DNA from: Bdellovibrionota bacterium
GTDB taxonomy: Bacteria > Bdellovibrionota_C > UBA2361 > CAKMMH01
DNA: 64,000 bases
Reading direction: 5' to 3'
Assembly: GCA_050952645.1 (NCBI GenBank)
Contig: JBMNLI010000010.1
Coordinates: 160,001-224,000, forward strand
The notes under the pieces were generated by a model that ran no database searches, was not told where the DNA came from, and worked only from the letters and a program-made list of their open reading frames with translations. This document shows, one piece after another, positions 11,088 to 21,630 of the stretch (position 1 is the first letter of the stretch; every line of letters begins with the position of its first letter). The translations under genes were made by a program, and so were the position numbers.

Positions 11088-11300
11088 ATGAAAAACAATG
11101 ATAAAATCAATTTAGAAGAGTTTATAAATAGCCAAATTGAAACTGTGGAAATTACTATCGGAGACTTAATCGAAGCTATTTCAAATATTTCATTAGGCAT
11201 TTGTAATAATAAAGAAGAGGCTTATAAATTAACGTCTGAAAGAATATCTGCAATCTTAGCTCAAAACGATAAAGACCTTGAGAGCATAGAAACAAAATAA
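11088..11300 (+). CDS. Small hypothetical protein
   Basis: AGGAG RBS before ATG; 70 aa with helical amphipathic character; first gene before the ABC pair. Confidence 0.65.
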   Translation: MKNNDKINLEEFINSQIETVEITIGDLIEAISNISLGICNNKEEAYKLTSERISAILAQNDKDLESIETK

Positions 11301-11331
11301 TCTTTTTATAAAATCTTTTTATAAAATCTTT

Positions 11332-12054
11332 ATGCTTAAAGTAAAAAATATTTCTAAAAATTTTGAAAATTTCAATGTTTTAAAAGATTTAAACTTTGAA
11401 GTAAAAAAAGGTGAAATCTCCGTTTTTCTAGGCGTAAATGGCGCTGGAAAAACTACTACTCTTAAAATTATAACTGGAATTTTAAGCCCTAGTAGCGGAG
11501 AAATTCTAATAGATGATAAAAACTTTAAAGAGCATTCAAAGTATATAAAAAGCATTACTGGGTACGTTCAAGACAGACCTTTTTTTTATGAAAAGCTTTC
11601 AGTTAGAGAATTTTTAAGATTTATAGCAGGGCTTTATAATCTAGAAAAAAAGTTTGCAGATAATCAAATTGAAAAACTACTTACCCATTATAAAATAGAA
11701 AACAAGATAGATGCTCTTATAGAGAGCTTATCTCATGGCATGAGGCAACGCCTCTCTATCTGTGCTTCGCTTATCCACTCCCCAAAGCTTTTAGTTATCG
11801 ATGAACCCATGGTTGGGTTAGACCCTAGTGGTGCTAAACTTTTAAAAACCTCTTTAAAAGAGTACGCAAAATCTAGCACTGCTATTTTAATATCTACACA
11901 TAGTTTAGAAGTCGCAGAAGAGCTTGCCGATAATATTCTAATAATAGATAAGGGGCAAATAGTAAAAAATGCGCCTCTTAAAGATATTAAAAATGATAAA
12001 AATTTTACTTCATTAGAAGAACTTTTTATAAATATTACCTCTAATGCATTATAA
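11332..12054 (+). CDS. ABC transporter ATP-binding protein
   Basis: GVNGAGKTT Walker A, LSHGMRQR signature, VIDEP Walker B. Confidence 0.95.
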   Translation: MLKVKNISKNFENFNVLKDLNFEVKKGEISVFLGVNGAGKTTTLKIITGILSPSSGEILIDDKNFKEHSKYIKSITGYVQDRPFFYEKLSVREFLRFIAGLYNLEKKFADNQIEKLLTHYKIENKIDALIESLSHGMRQRLSICASLIHSPKLLVIDEPMVGLDPSGAKLLKTSLKEYAKSSTAILISTHSLEVAEELADNILIIDKGQIVKNAPLKDIKNDKNFTSLEELFINITSNAL

Positions 12055-12064
12055 TTAAAATATT

Positions 12065-13687
12065 ATGAAAATTTTTTTAGCAATAAAACCACGCATTTTA
12101 GAACTATTAAATAGCATTAAGCAGAAAATAAAAACACCTAAAGGGTTTGGCCGAGATTTCTTCTTAATTTTTATCGCATCACTTTTATTATATGCAACAT
12201 TTAAAGGAACTTTGTTTTTAGCTAACATTTTTTCTGTTCCATTTTTTCCACTTAATATGATATTTACAATGCTATTTGCGCTAATTTTATTTTCAGGCGC
12301 CATAATTTCTATAAACGAGTTTTTCGTTTCAAAAGATTTAAGTGTTTATTTAACCTCTCCTATTTCAAATTTTAATTTTTATATAGGAAAAATTATTATT
12401 ACTGTTTTTACCGCTTCTTGGATGCCCTCTCTTCTCCTTATTCCTATCTTGCTAGCGTTTGGCGTGCACTATAATCAAGGTTTAATTTATTATTTACTTT
12501 TTCCACTTGTAGTTTTACCGATACTAGCAATACCTATTTTTATAGGCAATATCGCTGTTTTTATCTTAGCGAAACTTATACCTTTAAAAGTATTTAAAGA
12601 AGTGTTGTTTTTCTTTTATATTACCATGTTTCTTTTAGTAGGAATTTTTGTAAAAAACTTATTTACTTTAAAATTTGATAATAATATTAGTGGGAATATT
12701 AATGGAATAGAAGCCGCTTCATCTCTTTCAAGTTATATGCCTTTTGAGTGGGGTGCTATTTTTTTAAACAACTTATTAAAAGAAAATAGTATTTCATTAA
12801 ATTATTTTCTACTTTTATATATAGTTTTTTTTACACTTCTTTTTATTTCATATTTAGTTTTTAAGAAATATTATTTTATCTCACTAAATGCAGCACATTC
12901 TTTTTCATCTGCTAAGACTCACAGAGTAAAAATATTAGAAAACGCTATATATAAAATTACTAACTTTTTAGGCACTGCAAGGCAAGAGATACTTTTAAAG
13001 GAATACAAAACTTTTCTTAGAAATATTGGGCAATCTTCTCAAATATTTTTATTACTCGGCATCGTGTTTTTATATTTTAGTAATTTAAGATTTATTACGA
13101 CACTTTCTTCATTAAATAATATTTACATGGCTATTATAAGTCTAGGAGTATGCACTTTTATTTTGATAGCTTTTTGTTCAAGGTTTGTTTTTCCATCTCT
13201 TTCACTAGAGGCAAAAGCTTACGATATATTTTTACAAAGCCCTATTAGTTTAAGATTATTTTATAATTCAAAAAAATTATTTTGGTTTGTTTTTTTAAGT
13301 TTAATATCTACTACCATTTTCATCGCAACCTCTTTAGCGCTATCGCTTTCTCCTATATATATTTTTGCAAATTTTTTTATAGGTCTTATCTTTTCTTACG
13401 GACTTATAAATATTGCAATGTTTGTAGGGAGTTCTTTTTTAAAATTAAATTGGAAAAATCCTTACGAACTTTGTTCTTCAGTTGGAAGCCTATGCACGAT
13501 GCTTTTAAGTATTTGTTATTTAATTATTTTTAGCATTCTTATTTATTATTTGTTTGATTATATAAGCTTAAACTACTTACCTTTAAAATTAACCATTATT
13601 TTGCTTGGAGTATTGTTTTTAAATATACTACTTTCTAATATCTTAACTAATATCGGCTTTAAAAATTTAAAGCAAAAAATTTCCTAA
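12065..13687 (+). CDS. Putative ABC exporter permease (two-repeat, ~12-14 TM)
   Basis: Highly hydrophobic; DL..YLTSP, KE.K.FLR and FPSLSLE motifs; follows the ABC ATPase. Confidence 0.8.
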   Translation: MKIFLAIKPRILELLNSIKQKIKTPKGFGRDFFLIFIASLLLYATFKGTLFLANIFSVPFFPLNMIFTMLFALILFSGAIISINEFFVSKDLSVYLTSPISNFNFYIGKIIITVFTASWMPSLLLIPILLAFGVHYNQGLIYYLLFPLVVLPILAIPIFIGNIAVFILAKLIPLKVFKEVLFFFYITMFLLVGIFVKNLFTLKFDNNISGNINGIEAASSLSSYMPFEWGAIFLNNLLKENSISLNYFLLLYIVFFTLLFISYLVFKKYYFISLNAAHSFSSAKTHRVKILENAIYKITNFLGTARQEILLKEYKTFLRNIGQSSQIFLLLGIVFLYFSNLRFITTLSSLNNIYMAIISLGVCTFILIAFCSRFVFPSLSLEAKAYDIFLQSPISLRLFYNSKKLFWFVFLSLISTTIFIATSLALSLSPIYIFANFFIGLIFSYGLINIAMFVGSSFLKLNWKNPYELCSSVGSLCTMLLSICYLIIFSILIYYLFDYISLNYLPLKLTIILLGVLFLNILLSNILTNIGFKNLKQKIS

Positions 13688-13808
13688 AAATTCCTATAAA
13701 TAAGTTGATTGAAACAAAAATAAATTGCATAACCTTTCTAATAGCGTTTGCTAAAGGTTAAAGATAATAAAAAGGTTTTAACATAGCCTTTAACATAGAA
13801 AGGATATT

Positions 13809-14999
13809 TTGAATACCATGCGAAATAAAAGAAAACGAGGCGAAAATAAGCAAGCACGTGAGTTTAGGGACGTGATTAAGCTTCTTCCTCCTTCTTCTAT
13901 TTGGAATTATGCGCATTATTATTACATAATTGAGTTTATTAAACTAAGGAGACAACCTGAAAAAACGAATGAAGGTAATTTAGAATATAAACAACAGTTA
14001 GATGCCTTAGAAGAACTCGTTAATACTTGGGCTAAAATCAAAAAATATTTTGCTATAATTCTATTAAGTTTGCTTAAAATAATATTGCGCTTTTTTTGTC
14101 TTTTCGGGCTTACCTCTAAGTCTATAAATAAAAGCATAAAAGATATTGAAAATGCCTTTGACAGACAGGCTACAAACTTAAAGAATGGAGCTTCTCTTAA
14201 TACTAAGACTGACGATGAAATTTCGGCAGAAAAAGCTATTGCGCGCTTTGAAGAAAAGATAGAAAAGCTTACTAAACGCTACGAGAAAAATGACAATATA
14301 TCATCATATATAGATATATTCTATTCTAGCGTGATAAAATTTGGAACTCAAAAAGCTAAAACTGAAATCGTTTATCTTAAGGCTAAAGAAGAAAAACAAC
14401 GAAGTCAAGCTTTATGGAGAGATAGTTTTATAATAAGAGCTTTCGGGTTTGGAACTTTTAAGCTTGCTAAACGCCTTCTTGCGATCTTAGCTGTAGGTAT
14501 GGCATTGCCTTTCCTAATTAACTTACTAGTAAAACCAACCCCCGACTACTCAAGCGCAGAGAGTTTCGTTCATGGGATAGGGTGGACAGCAATTTTTTGG
14601 GCAATTACGCTTGCGATAACTCTATATTTTAACAATAAACGTATGATTAAAATATGGGATCGGGCAGAAGGTGCTATCTTAGAGGCTCAATTACTTCACA
14701 TCGAAAGCACTGCTACTCTTTGTGATGAAACTCTAGTAGATATTAAAAACTGCCTTAATTTGCCTTTAGAACTTATCGAAGACAAAATGGCTAAAACTAT
14801 AATTGAAGACAACTTTAAATCTATATATAATATGATAAAAGGATATGAAGAAAGAGCAATTTCCTTAAAAAGAGAAATAGCTAGGCACAATAAGAAAGTT
14901 AGCCTTCTTGGAATCATAAGAAACTTACTCGACCAAGCGGCTCAAGGTGGTGCAGTGTCAGAAGGCGCAGATATATTTGAAAGTATGTTTGGTGGTTGA
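13809..14999 (+). CDS. Hypothetical membrane protein (coiled-coil, 3 hydrophobic segments)
   Basis: 396 aa ORF with RBS AAGGA; no family recognised. Confidence 0.7.
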   Translation: MNTMRNKRKRGENKQAREFRDVIKLLPPSSIWNYAHYYYIIEFIKLRRQPEKTNEGNLEYKQQLDALEELVNTWAKIKKYFAIILLSLLKIILRFFCLFGLTSKSINKSIKDIENAFDRQATNLKNGASLNTKTDDEISAEKAIARFEEKIEKLTKRYEKNDNISSYIDIFYSSVIKFGTQKAKTEIVYLKAKEEKQRSQALWRDSFIIRAFGFGTFKLAKRLLAILAVGMALPFLINLLVKPTPDYSSAESFVHGIGWTAIFWAITLAITLYFNNKRMIKIWDRAEGAILEAQLLHIESTATLCDETLVDIKNCLNLPLELIEDKMAKTIIEDNFKSIYNMIKGYEERAISLKREIARHNKKVSLLGIIRNLLDQAAQGGAVSEGADIFESMFGG

Positions 15000-15113
15000 T
15001 AAAAATCGCTCACTCATTCTCGATACCATATAGCGAAGCTAAAGACGCTATTATCTATAAGTATAGAGAGTCACTAAACTTAAAATTTAATGGCTCTCTA
15101 TTTTTTTATATTT

Positions 15114-15902
15114 TTATAGCTCATATTTTTTATAATTACTTGGGATTTTAATTATATAAATTTTAGGGTCTAGAGTGGCATCATACTCTTGTTTTATAAT
15201 ATTAAAATTCATATATAAATTAGCCTGAGGGAATATAACAAATACCATATTATCCGATTTTTTTAATCTCATTTTTAACTCTTTACCCTTATCCCATAAA
15301 TCGTAATTTAGTAATTTATAATTATTTAAATCAAACTCTATATACTCATTTTTATCCTTACTTATAACTTGAAGCAATTTTTCTTTTTTATTCGTAGAAT
15401 TATTCGTAGAACTTAAAATATAGAAATCGTAATTTTTTAAATTTTCATAACTTAAATCGCTATTTCCTACAAAACTCTCTAATAGTGATTTATAATCAAC
15501 TTCTTCTTTCCATAATTTTTTTAAAATATCATTTGCGCTATCAGATGTTAGCACTATTTTTTGTTGTCTATCTAGAAACACTGCACCACATTTATTTTGG
15601 GTTAATATATGTAGTGATAAAAAAGTATCTGGTGGGAAAGCCTCAACTCTTAAATACCCATTTTTATCGTATAAAAATAGATACCTAAATTTATACCCTA
15701 CGCCGTTTTCTACTACCACTACATCTGTTAAAAATCTTACATTAGAAAATTCTTTTTTATTTTTACTTATCTTATTAAAAATTTCTTCTTTCTGATTATC
15801 CCCTAAAGCCATCTCGCTAGGTGTAGGAAACTTTGCTTTCTCTCTTACAGCACAAGCTGAAAAACAAAAACTTATTACTATAAATAAAAAATATTTTTTC
15901 AT
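15114..15902 (-). CDS. Putative lipoprotein, LolB/DUF4292-like
   Basis: Signal peptide with lipobox FSA-C; LRVEAFPP; downstream of a TPR lipoprotein, a common arrangement. Confidence 0.55.
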   Translation of the reverse strand: MKKYFLFIVISFCFSACAVREKAKFPTPSEMALGDNQKEEIFNKISKNKKEFSNVRFLTDVVVVENGVGYKFRYLFLYDKNGYLRVEAFPPDTFLSLHILTQNKCGAVFLDRQQKIVLTSDSANDILKKLWKEEVDYKSLLESFVGNSDLSYENLKNYDFYILSSTNNSTNKKEKLLQVISKDKNEYIEFDLNNYKLLNYDLWDKGKELKMRLKKSDNMVFVIFPQANLYMNFNIIKQEYDATLDPKIYIIKIPSNYKKYEL

Positions 15903-15933
15903 AACTATTATTAAATTTCAAATATTAAATTTT

Positions 15934-17691
15934 TTATTTTAGATTATTTAACTTTTTTTCCATTCGCTTTATCGATTTTTGATCCTCTTTACCTAAATTA
16001 TCACTCTTTTTTGCTAATCCTTGTTTATAATATCTTTTTGCAAGAGTCTCATTTCCATCGGCTAAATACGCATCTCCTATATGCTCTAAAATAACTATAT
16101 CATCATCTGCTAAATTAAGTGCTTGCAAAAGTAAGTCGAGTGCCACTTTATACTTTTTTTTCTTATACTTTACCCAACCTAACGTATCTAGATAATATGG
16201 ATTTTTAGGTTCTTTTTTTATCGCTCTTTTAGCGTATTCTTCCGCCTTGTCTAAATTTATATTATCTTCTGCCCAAGAATAAGCTATATAGTTTAAGGCC
16301 TCAGCATGCTCTGGATTTTTAGTTAACACATACTTCATCTTTTCTAAAGCCACATCTTTTTTACCCATTTCATATTGCAAAATTGCGTATTGAAATATCA
16401 TGTCTATATCACCAGGGTTTTTTTCTAGGTATTCGAGAATTAAATCTTCAGTCTTAGATTTTTTATCTAATTTCCTATAAACCATAATAAGTGTCATCGC
16501 TATTCTTTTATCAAATGGCACATTCTTATAAGCTTCTTCTAAAACTTTTTGCGATTCAACATCTCTATTTAATTTTCTTAAAACGTAAGATAAAACCAAT
16601 TTTGCATCGACGTAATTGCTCGCATCGTTTTCAAATTTCACTTTTTCTAATTCGATTGCGGCTTCTTCATATTTTTTTTGTGCCACATAGACCGTTCCTA
16701 AAGCGTATCTTGCGCCTAAATGATCGGGATTAGAAGCTAAAAGCAAATTTAATGCTTTAGCTGCTTGCTCAGGCATATTTTTTTGCATATATATTAAGGC
16801 TATCTTATATCTAACCTCAACTGAAGCCTCTTTAGTTTCATTTAATGTATTAAAATGAGATAGAGCCTCATCTAAATTATTATCTTGAAGCGATAACTCT
16901 GCTAATATTCGTCTAGCTAATGCATGATTTGGTTTTTCTTCTATAACCTTTAAAGCTACTTTTTTAGCTTCTTCTAGTTTGCTTTGTAAAATTAGCACTC
17001 TACAATATTCCATAGCTAAAATATCGTTATCTTGCTCTAACTCATAGGCTTGTTTTAATATGCTTTCAGCTTTTTCAGTTTCTTTTTGTTTCTCATATAC
17101 TCTAGCTAAATATTGGTATGAAATTATCTCATCTGGAAATTTTAAAATCATTTCTTCTAGCAACTCTTGAGCTTTCTTTATATTCCCTTCTTCTCTATAA
17201 ATATCTGCTAGTAAAAGATAAGCATTTTTTTGTTTTTCATCACTCTGTATAATGAATTTATAAGCTTTTTTAGCTTCATCACTTTGCGAAAGTGCCTCAC
17301 AAAGCCCGGCTTTGATGTAATAGTGGTCTAATTTTTTAGGTGCTTCTTTTATTGCAATATTTATTTCTCCTAAGGCTTTTTCTAAAAGCCCTTCTCTTAA
17401 ATACAGCTCTGCTAATTTAGCATGCACCGTTGCCGAGTTATCCTCAGAAAGCTCACCAGCTTTTTTAAGATTATCGAGCGCTGACTCAAAATTTTGCTCC
17501 GACAGCTCCATATTCCCCATTAAAAAATGGTGAAAAGACGAAGATTGCTTTTCCATGTTATCTTTCATTAAGTTTAATTTAGTATTTTTTATATTGACAG
17601 TCGGCGGAAGCTCTGTTCGTTGCGTATTAGAACAAGCTACTATTACAGTGGTAAAAACGAATATGGATGCAAATATTATCTTTCTTTTCAC
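15934..17691 (-). CDS. TPR-repeat lipoprotein
   Basis: Lipobox IVA-C; many TPRs; ALNYIAYSWA...YLDTLGWV C-terminal motif. Confidence 0.88.
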   Translation of the reverse strand: MKRKIIFASIFVFTTVIVACSNTQRTELPPTVNIKNTKLNLMKDNMEKQSSSFHHFLMGNMELSEQNFESALDNLKKAGELSEDNSATVHAKLAELYLREGLLEKALGEINIAIKEAPKKLDHYYIKAGLCEALSQSDEAKKAYKFIIQSDEKQKNAYLLLADIYREEGNIKKAQELLEEMILKFPDEIISYQYLARVYEKQKETEKAESILKQAYELEQDNDILAMEYCRVLILQSKLEEAKKVALKVIEEKPNHALARRILAELSLQDNNLDEALSHFNTLNETKEASVEVRYKIALIYMQKNMPEQAAKALNLLLASNPDHLGARYALGTVYVAQKKYEEAAIELEKVKFENDASNYVDAKLVLSYVLRKLNRDVESQKVLEEAYKNVPFDKRIAMTLIMVYRKLDKKSKTEDLILEYLEKNPGDIDMIFQYAILQYEMGKKDVALEKMKYVLTKNPEHAEALNYIAYSWAEDNINLDKAEEYAKRAIKKEPKNPYYLDTLGWVKYKKKKYKVALDLLLQALNLADDDIVILEHIGDAYLADGNETLAKRYYKQGLAKKSDNLGKEDQKSIKRMEKKLNNLK

Positions 17692-17898
17692 GAGAGAAAT
17701 ACCCTTAAAACAAAAACTTTAGTAAAAACTTAAAATCTCATAAGGTATACTAACTTATAATTATTTTCTTAACAATTAGATATTTATTTTAAATACTAAA
17801 AAATAAACTTAAAAGCATCTTAAATTTTTATTAAACCTTTACATATTTTTTTTATATTGGTATATTGTGGATTGTTCAAAAAATCAATTTTTAAGTTT

Positions 17899-17971
17899 GA
17901 CCCTATCGTCTAGTGGTCTAGGATGCTAGCCTCTCACGCTGGAGACACGAGTTCGAACCTCGTTAGGGTCA
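17899..17971 (+). tRNA. tRNA-Glu(CTC)
   Basis: GACCCTA/TAGGGTC acceptor stem, CT-CTC-AC anticodon loop, GTTCGAAC T-loop; CCA not encoded. Confidence 0.93.
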
Positions 17972-18220
17972 TACATTTTTTTCCTTCTTCTTAACTTTTC
18001 TTTTTTATTTCCTTTACTCTCTTAATTCTCTTATTCTCTAATTATGTTCTCTAATTATTCTCTGATTTTTTTCAGAAAATGTATAAAAAATATATATCGT
18101 GTAAATTATATATTGAAAGTCCTTTATTAAAAGCCTTTGTCTTAAAGTAAACATCTTTAAAAAGACTTTTCAATATATAAAATTAACTATAAAAACTAAC
18201 TCATAAGCCGTTAAGCTTAA

Positions 18221-19120
18221 TTATTCATCTACTGCTTCAACTAATGATTTTGCTGGTGCAAATCTAACACGGTTTTTAGCCTTTATATGAACTACCTCGC
18301 CAGTAGATGGGTTTCTTCCTAATCTAGCTTTTGTTTTTCTTATATAAAGTTTGCCAATACCTAAAAATGGAACCTTATATCCTTTAGAAAGAGCATCTAC
18401 TATAAATGAAGTGATATCATCACATATTTCTTTAGCTTGAGTTCTTTTTTCTAATCCACAAAAAGCTTTAACATGATCATAAAATTCTAATTGAGTATAG
18501 CTAAGCGTCGACTCATTGTTAGGTTTCATAGCAGACGTCATTTTCGCATTTTCTTCTTTTTCCACAGCCTTAGTTGCCTTAGTAGTTTTTGTAGCCTTTG
18601 CTTGTTTCTTATCGCTTACTACGCTACTTTTAGCTTCTTTAGTTTTAGTTTCTTTCGTTTTGGCTTCTTTCTTAGAAGCTACTTTTTTATTCTCTGCTTT
18701 TTTAGGCTCTGTTTTTTTAGTTTCAGTTTTTTTAGCTGTCCCTTTCTTAGCGGTAGTTGTAGCTTTTGCTTTAGTAGTAGTTTTAGAAGCGGTAGCTTTC
18801 TTTGCTACTTTAGTAGCTTTAGTAGAAACTTGTTTTTTTGCTTTATCTGCCGTAGTTTTATCTTTAGTAGCCTTACTAGTTTTTTTAGCAACACTTTCTT
18901 TTTTAGCACTAGTAGTTTTAGCTGTAGCCTTTTTAGTCGTAGTTTTCTTAGGCTCTGCTTTCTTAGCAGTAGTTTTCTTATCGACTACTTTTTTCTCTGT
19001 AGCTTTCTCTGCATTCTTTTTAGCCGTAGTTTTTTTAGTCGTCGTTTTCTTTTCTGCTACTTTTTTCGTTGTAGTTTTCTTCTCTGCTTTCTCTTTTTTA
19101 GTCGAAGTTGACTTTGCCAT
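18221..19120 (-). CDS. HU/IHF-family DNA-binding protein with long Lys/Ala/Thr-rich N-terminal tail
   Basis: C-terminal GIGKL...RLGRNPSTGE...RVRFAPAKSL HU fold; start MAKST at 19120 follows AGGAG. Confidence 0.88.
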   Translation of the reverse strand: MAKSTSTKKEKAEKKTTTKKVAEKKTTTKKTTAKKNAEKATEKKVVDKKTTAKKAEPKKTTTKKATAKTTSAKKESVAKKTSKATKDKTTADKAKKQVSTKATKVAKKATASKTTTKAKATTTAKKGTAKKTETKKTEPKKAENKKVASKKEAKTKETKTKEAKSSVVSDKKQAKATKTTKATKAVEKEENAKMTSAMKPNNESTLSYTQLEFYDHVKAFCGLEKRTQAKEICDDITSFIVDALSKGYKVPFLGIGKLYIRKTKARLGRNPSTGEVVHIKAKNRVRFAPAKSLVEAVDE

Positions 19121-19328
19121 TTTAGCTCCTTTATAAAATAACAAGATAAAAGATGTATGTAATTATAATAAAAATAACACTACTAAAAAAAAATAACACT
19201 ATTGCTATAAATAATAAAAAATTGATATATTTACATAGATATATTTACATAGTGTTTAATGTCTTTTTACTTAAAAACTATACACAAACTAATTTTACTA
19301 AAATCACAAATTTATACAACTTATAAAA

Positions 19329-19973
19329 ATGCTAAAAACAAGATTTTACACAACTTTTCTGGCTTTTTCGTTCTTTTTTACAGCTTTTGCAGCTTTTAGC
19401 CAAGAAATAATAGAACAAAAAGATATTTTTATAGATATTCCAAGTCAAATGACTAGTGTTAAAAGCGATAATCCATACGTTGTCGCTCAAATGAAATTTA
19501 AATACAAAAATTTTCCTACCGTTACTATTACTAAGGACGAGGGTAAAGGAAGTGTTGGTTTTTTACCGCAAGAGTTAGAGATAAAACTAAAAGAAACTTA
19601 TGAAAAACTTAGGTTCTCGGTAATTTCTTCAAAGTATTTAAAAAGTCAAAAAATTTCTAACATAACGACTAATTTATTTCAAATAGAATATACTTATGGG
19701 GATATGCTATTTATTTCTCTTATAAATATTTTTACTTATAACGACACTCTTTATTACATAACTACTATAAACGAGCTAAACGAAGAGAACCCATTAGAGC
19801 TAACTCTTCAATTTCAAGAAAGTTTTTTAAATAATATTTCTCTTAAGAAAAAAGAAAATAAAAAGTTTAAAACTACTAAAAACGGCGATAAAACTGCTAC
19901 TAATGTAATGCTTGCTTGCGTTGCCGTGTTAGCTATGGCCATTTTATACGGTGGAAGTAAAGCTAAAAGCTAA
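19329..19973 (+). CDS. Exported hypothetical protein with C-terminal TM anchor
   Basis: Signal peptide (AFS-QE) and C-terminal hydrophobic helix. Confidence 0.7.
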   Translation: MLKTRFYTTFLAFSFFFTAFAAFSQEIIEQKDIFIDIPSQMTSVKSDNPYVVAQMKFKYKNFPTVTITKDEGKGSVGFLPQELEIKLKETYEKLRFSVISSKYLKSQKISNITTNLFQIEYTYGDMLFISLINIFTYNDTLYYITTINELNEENPLELTLQFQESFLNNISLKKKENKKFKTTKNGDKTATNVMLACVAVLAMAILYGGSKAKS

Positions 19974-20043
19974 CTTCTTGCAATCATAACTTGCCTATAA
20001 TATAGTATTTAATTATAAAAAAGTTATATTATAAAAAATTTAA

Positions 20044-20136
20044 ACTTCTTTGCGTTTTAAGTGGGTTAGATTAAGTAGATTGAAAAAATTTATCTTTTTT
20101 TTGTTAGCTTTAAACCACCTTAAAACGTAAAGAGTG
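20044..20136. mobile_element. MITE-like element copy with 8-bp TSD AAATTTAA
   Basis: ACTTCTTTGCGTTTTAAGTGG ... CCACCTTAAAACGTAAAGAGTG, flanked by AAATTTAA at 20036-20043 and 20137-20144. Confidence 0.75.
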
Positions 20137-20168
20137 AAATTTAATATATCAAAATCTGAGGTAAAAAA

Positions 20169-21611
20169 ATGTTAGAAAATATTCGTGAAGAAAAAATTAA
20201 AAAAATGCAAAATTTTATAGATGCAGGTATTGAACCTTACCCTGCAGGTCCATATAAAAAAGAACCTACCACGGAAGCCTTAAAAAAAAGTGTAGGAGAA
20301 AATGTAAGAATAGCTGGAAGAATTATGCTTTTTAGAGAAATGGGCAATATCACTTTTCTTACTATTCAAGACGAAGCTGGAAGAATGCAAGCCGTGCTAA
20401 GTAAAAAAGAATTAGAAAATCAAGATTACAAATTTTGGATTAAAAATTTAGATATGGGAGATTTCGTAGGTCTTAAAGGGTCTAGGTTTACTACTCAAAA
20501 AGGCGAAGAGTCTGTTTTAGTTAAAACTATTACACTCTTATCTAAGTCTTTACTCCCTCTTCCAGATAAGCATAAAGCTTTACAAGATGAAGAAAAAAGA
20601 TTACGTAAAAGATATTTAGATATGATGTTTAACTCTGATGTAAAAGATTTAGTATACAAGAGAGATAAATATTGGAATGCGATAAGAACTTTCTTAAAAG
20701 AAAGAGGATTTACTGAGGTTTACACTCCAGTTTTAGAAACTACCCCTGGAGGAGCCGATGCACGTCCTTTTATTACGTATCACAACGCACTCGATATGCC
20801 CGTATACTTAAGAATCTCTATGGGAGAGTTGTGGCAAAAAAGATTAATGGTAGCAGGATTTGAGAAAACTTTTGAAATTGGCAGGCAATTTAGAAACGAG
20901 GGCATGGATGCCGAGCATCTCCAAGATTACAGCCAAGTTGAATTTTACTGGGCTTATGCAAACTATGAAATGGGCATGGAACTCGTCGAAGAAATGTATA
21001 AGTATATTGCAATGCAAGTTTTTGGAACTTTAAAATTTTCTATAAAAGGCTGGGATATCGATTTAGGGAGCGAATGGAAAAGGTATTCTTATTCTGAAAC
21101 CATCGAAGAAATGACGGGAATAAATATAAATAATGCTTCACTAGAAGATATCACGAAAAAACTTGCCGAGCTTAAGGTAGACTACGATAGAAAAGGTTGG
21201 AATATAACTAGAGCGATCGACACGCTATGGAAATATTGTAGAAAGCATATTTCGGGCCCTGGATTTTTAATACATGAACCCGTATCGATTTCTCCATTAG
21301 CAAAAAGAATGAGTTCGGATCCTAATTTAACTGAAAGATTTCACGTTTTAATTGGCGGAAGCGAGATAGGAAATGGATATAGTGAGTTAAACGACCCTTT
21401 AGATCAAGCTTCTAGATTTGAGGAACAACAAGCTCTTCGTGATAGTGGCGATGAGGAAGCACAAATGCACGATAAAGATTTTGTTGAAGCTTTAGAATAT
21501 GGAATGCCTCCTACTTGTGGTTTTGGAACTAGTGAAAGGCTTTTATGGTTTCTATTAGACAAGAGTGCTAGAGAATGTCAAACATTCCCTTTAATGAAAC
21601 CTGAAGCATAA
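20169..21611 (+). CDS. lysS: Lysine--tRNA ligase (class II)
   Basis: GGADARPF.T.HN, FEIGRQFRNEG, EIGNGYSELNDP, ALEYGMPP. Confidence 0.97.
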   Translation: MLENIREEKIKKMQNFIDAGIEPYPAGPYKKEPTTEALKKSVGENVRIAGRIMLFREMGNITFLTIQDEAGRMQAVLSKKELENQDYKFWIKNLDMGDFVGLKGSRFTTQKGEESVLVKTITLLSKSLLPLPDKHKALQDEEKRLRKRYLDMMFNSDVKDLVYKRDKYWNAIRTFLKERGFTEVYTPVLETTPGGADARPFITYHNALDMPVYLRISMGELWQKRLMVAGFEKTFEIGRQFRNEGMDAEHLQDYSQVEFYWAYANYEMGMELVEEMYKYIAMQVFGTLKFSIKGWDIDLGSEWKRYSYSETIEEMTGININNASLEDITKKLAELKVDYDRKGWNITRAIDTLWKYCRKHISGPGFLIHEPVSISPLAKRMSSDPNLTERFHVLIGGSEIGNGYSELNDPLDQASRFEEQQALRDSGDEEAQMHDKDFVEALEYGMPPTCGFGTSERLLWFLLDKSARECQTFPLMKPEA

Positions 21612-21630
21612 GTAAAAATTTAAAAAAATG

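Noticed and set aside
18491..19136. Two 206-aa hydrophobic ORFs on + strand
   Set aside because: Antisense shadows of the Lys/Ala/Thr-rich HU tail.
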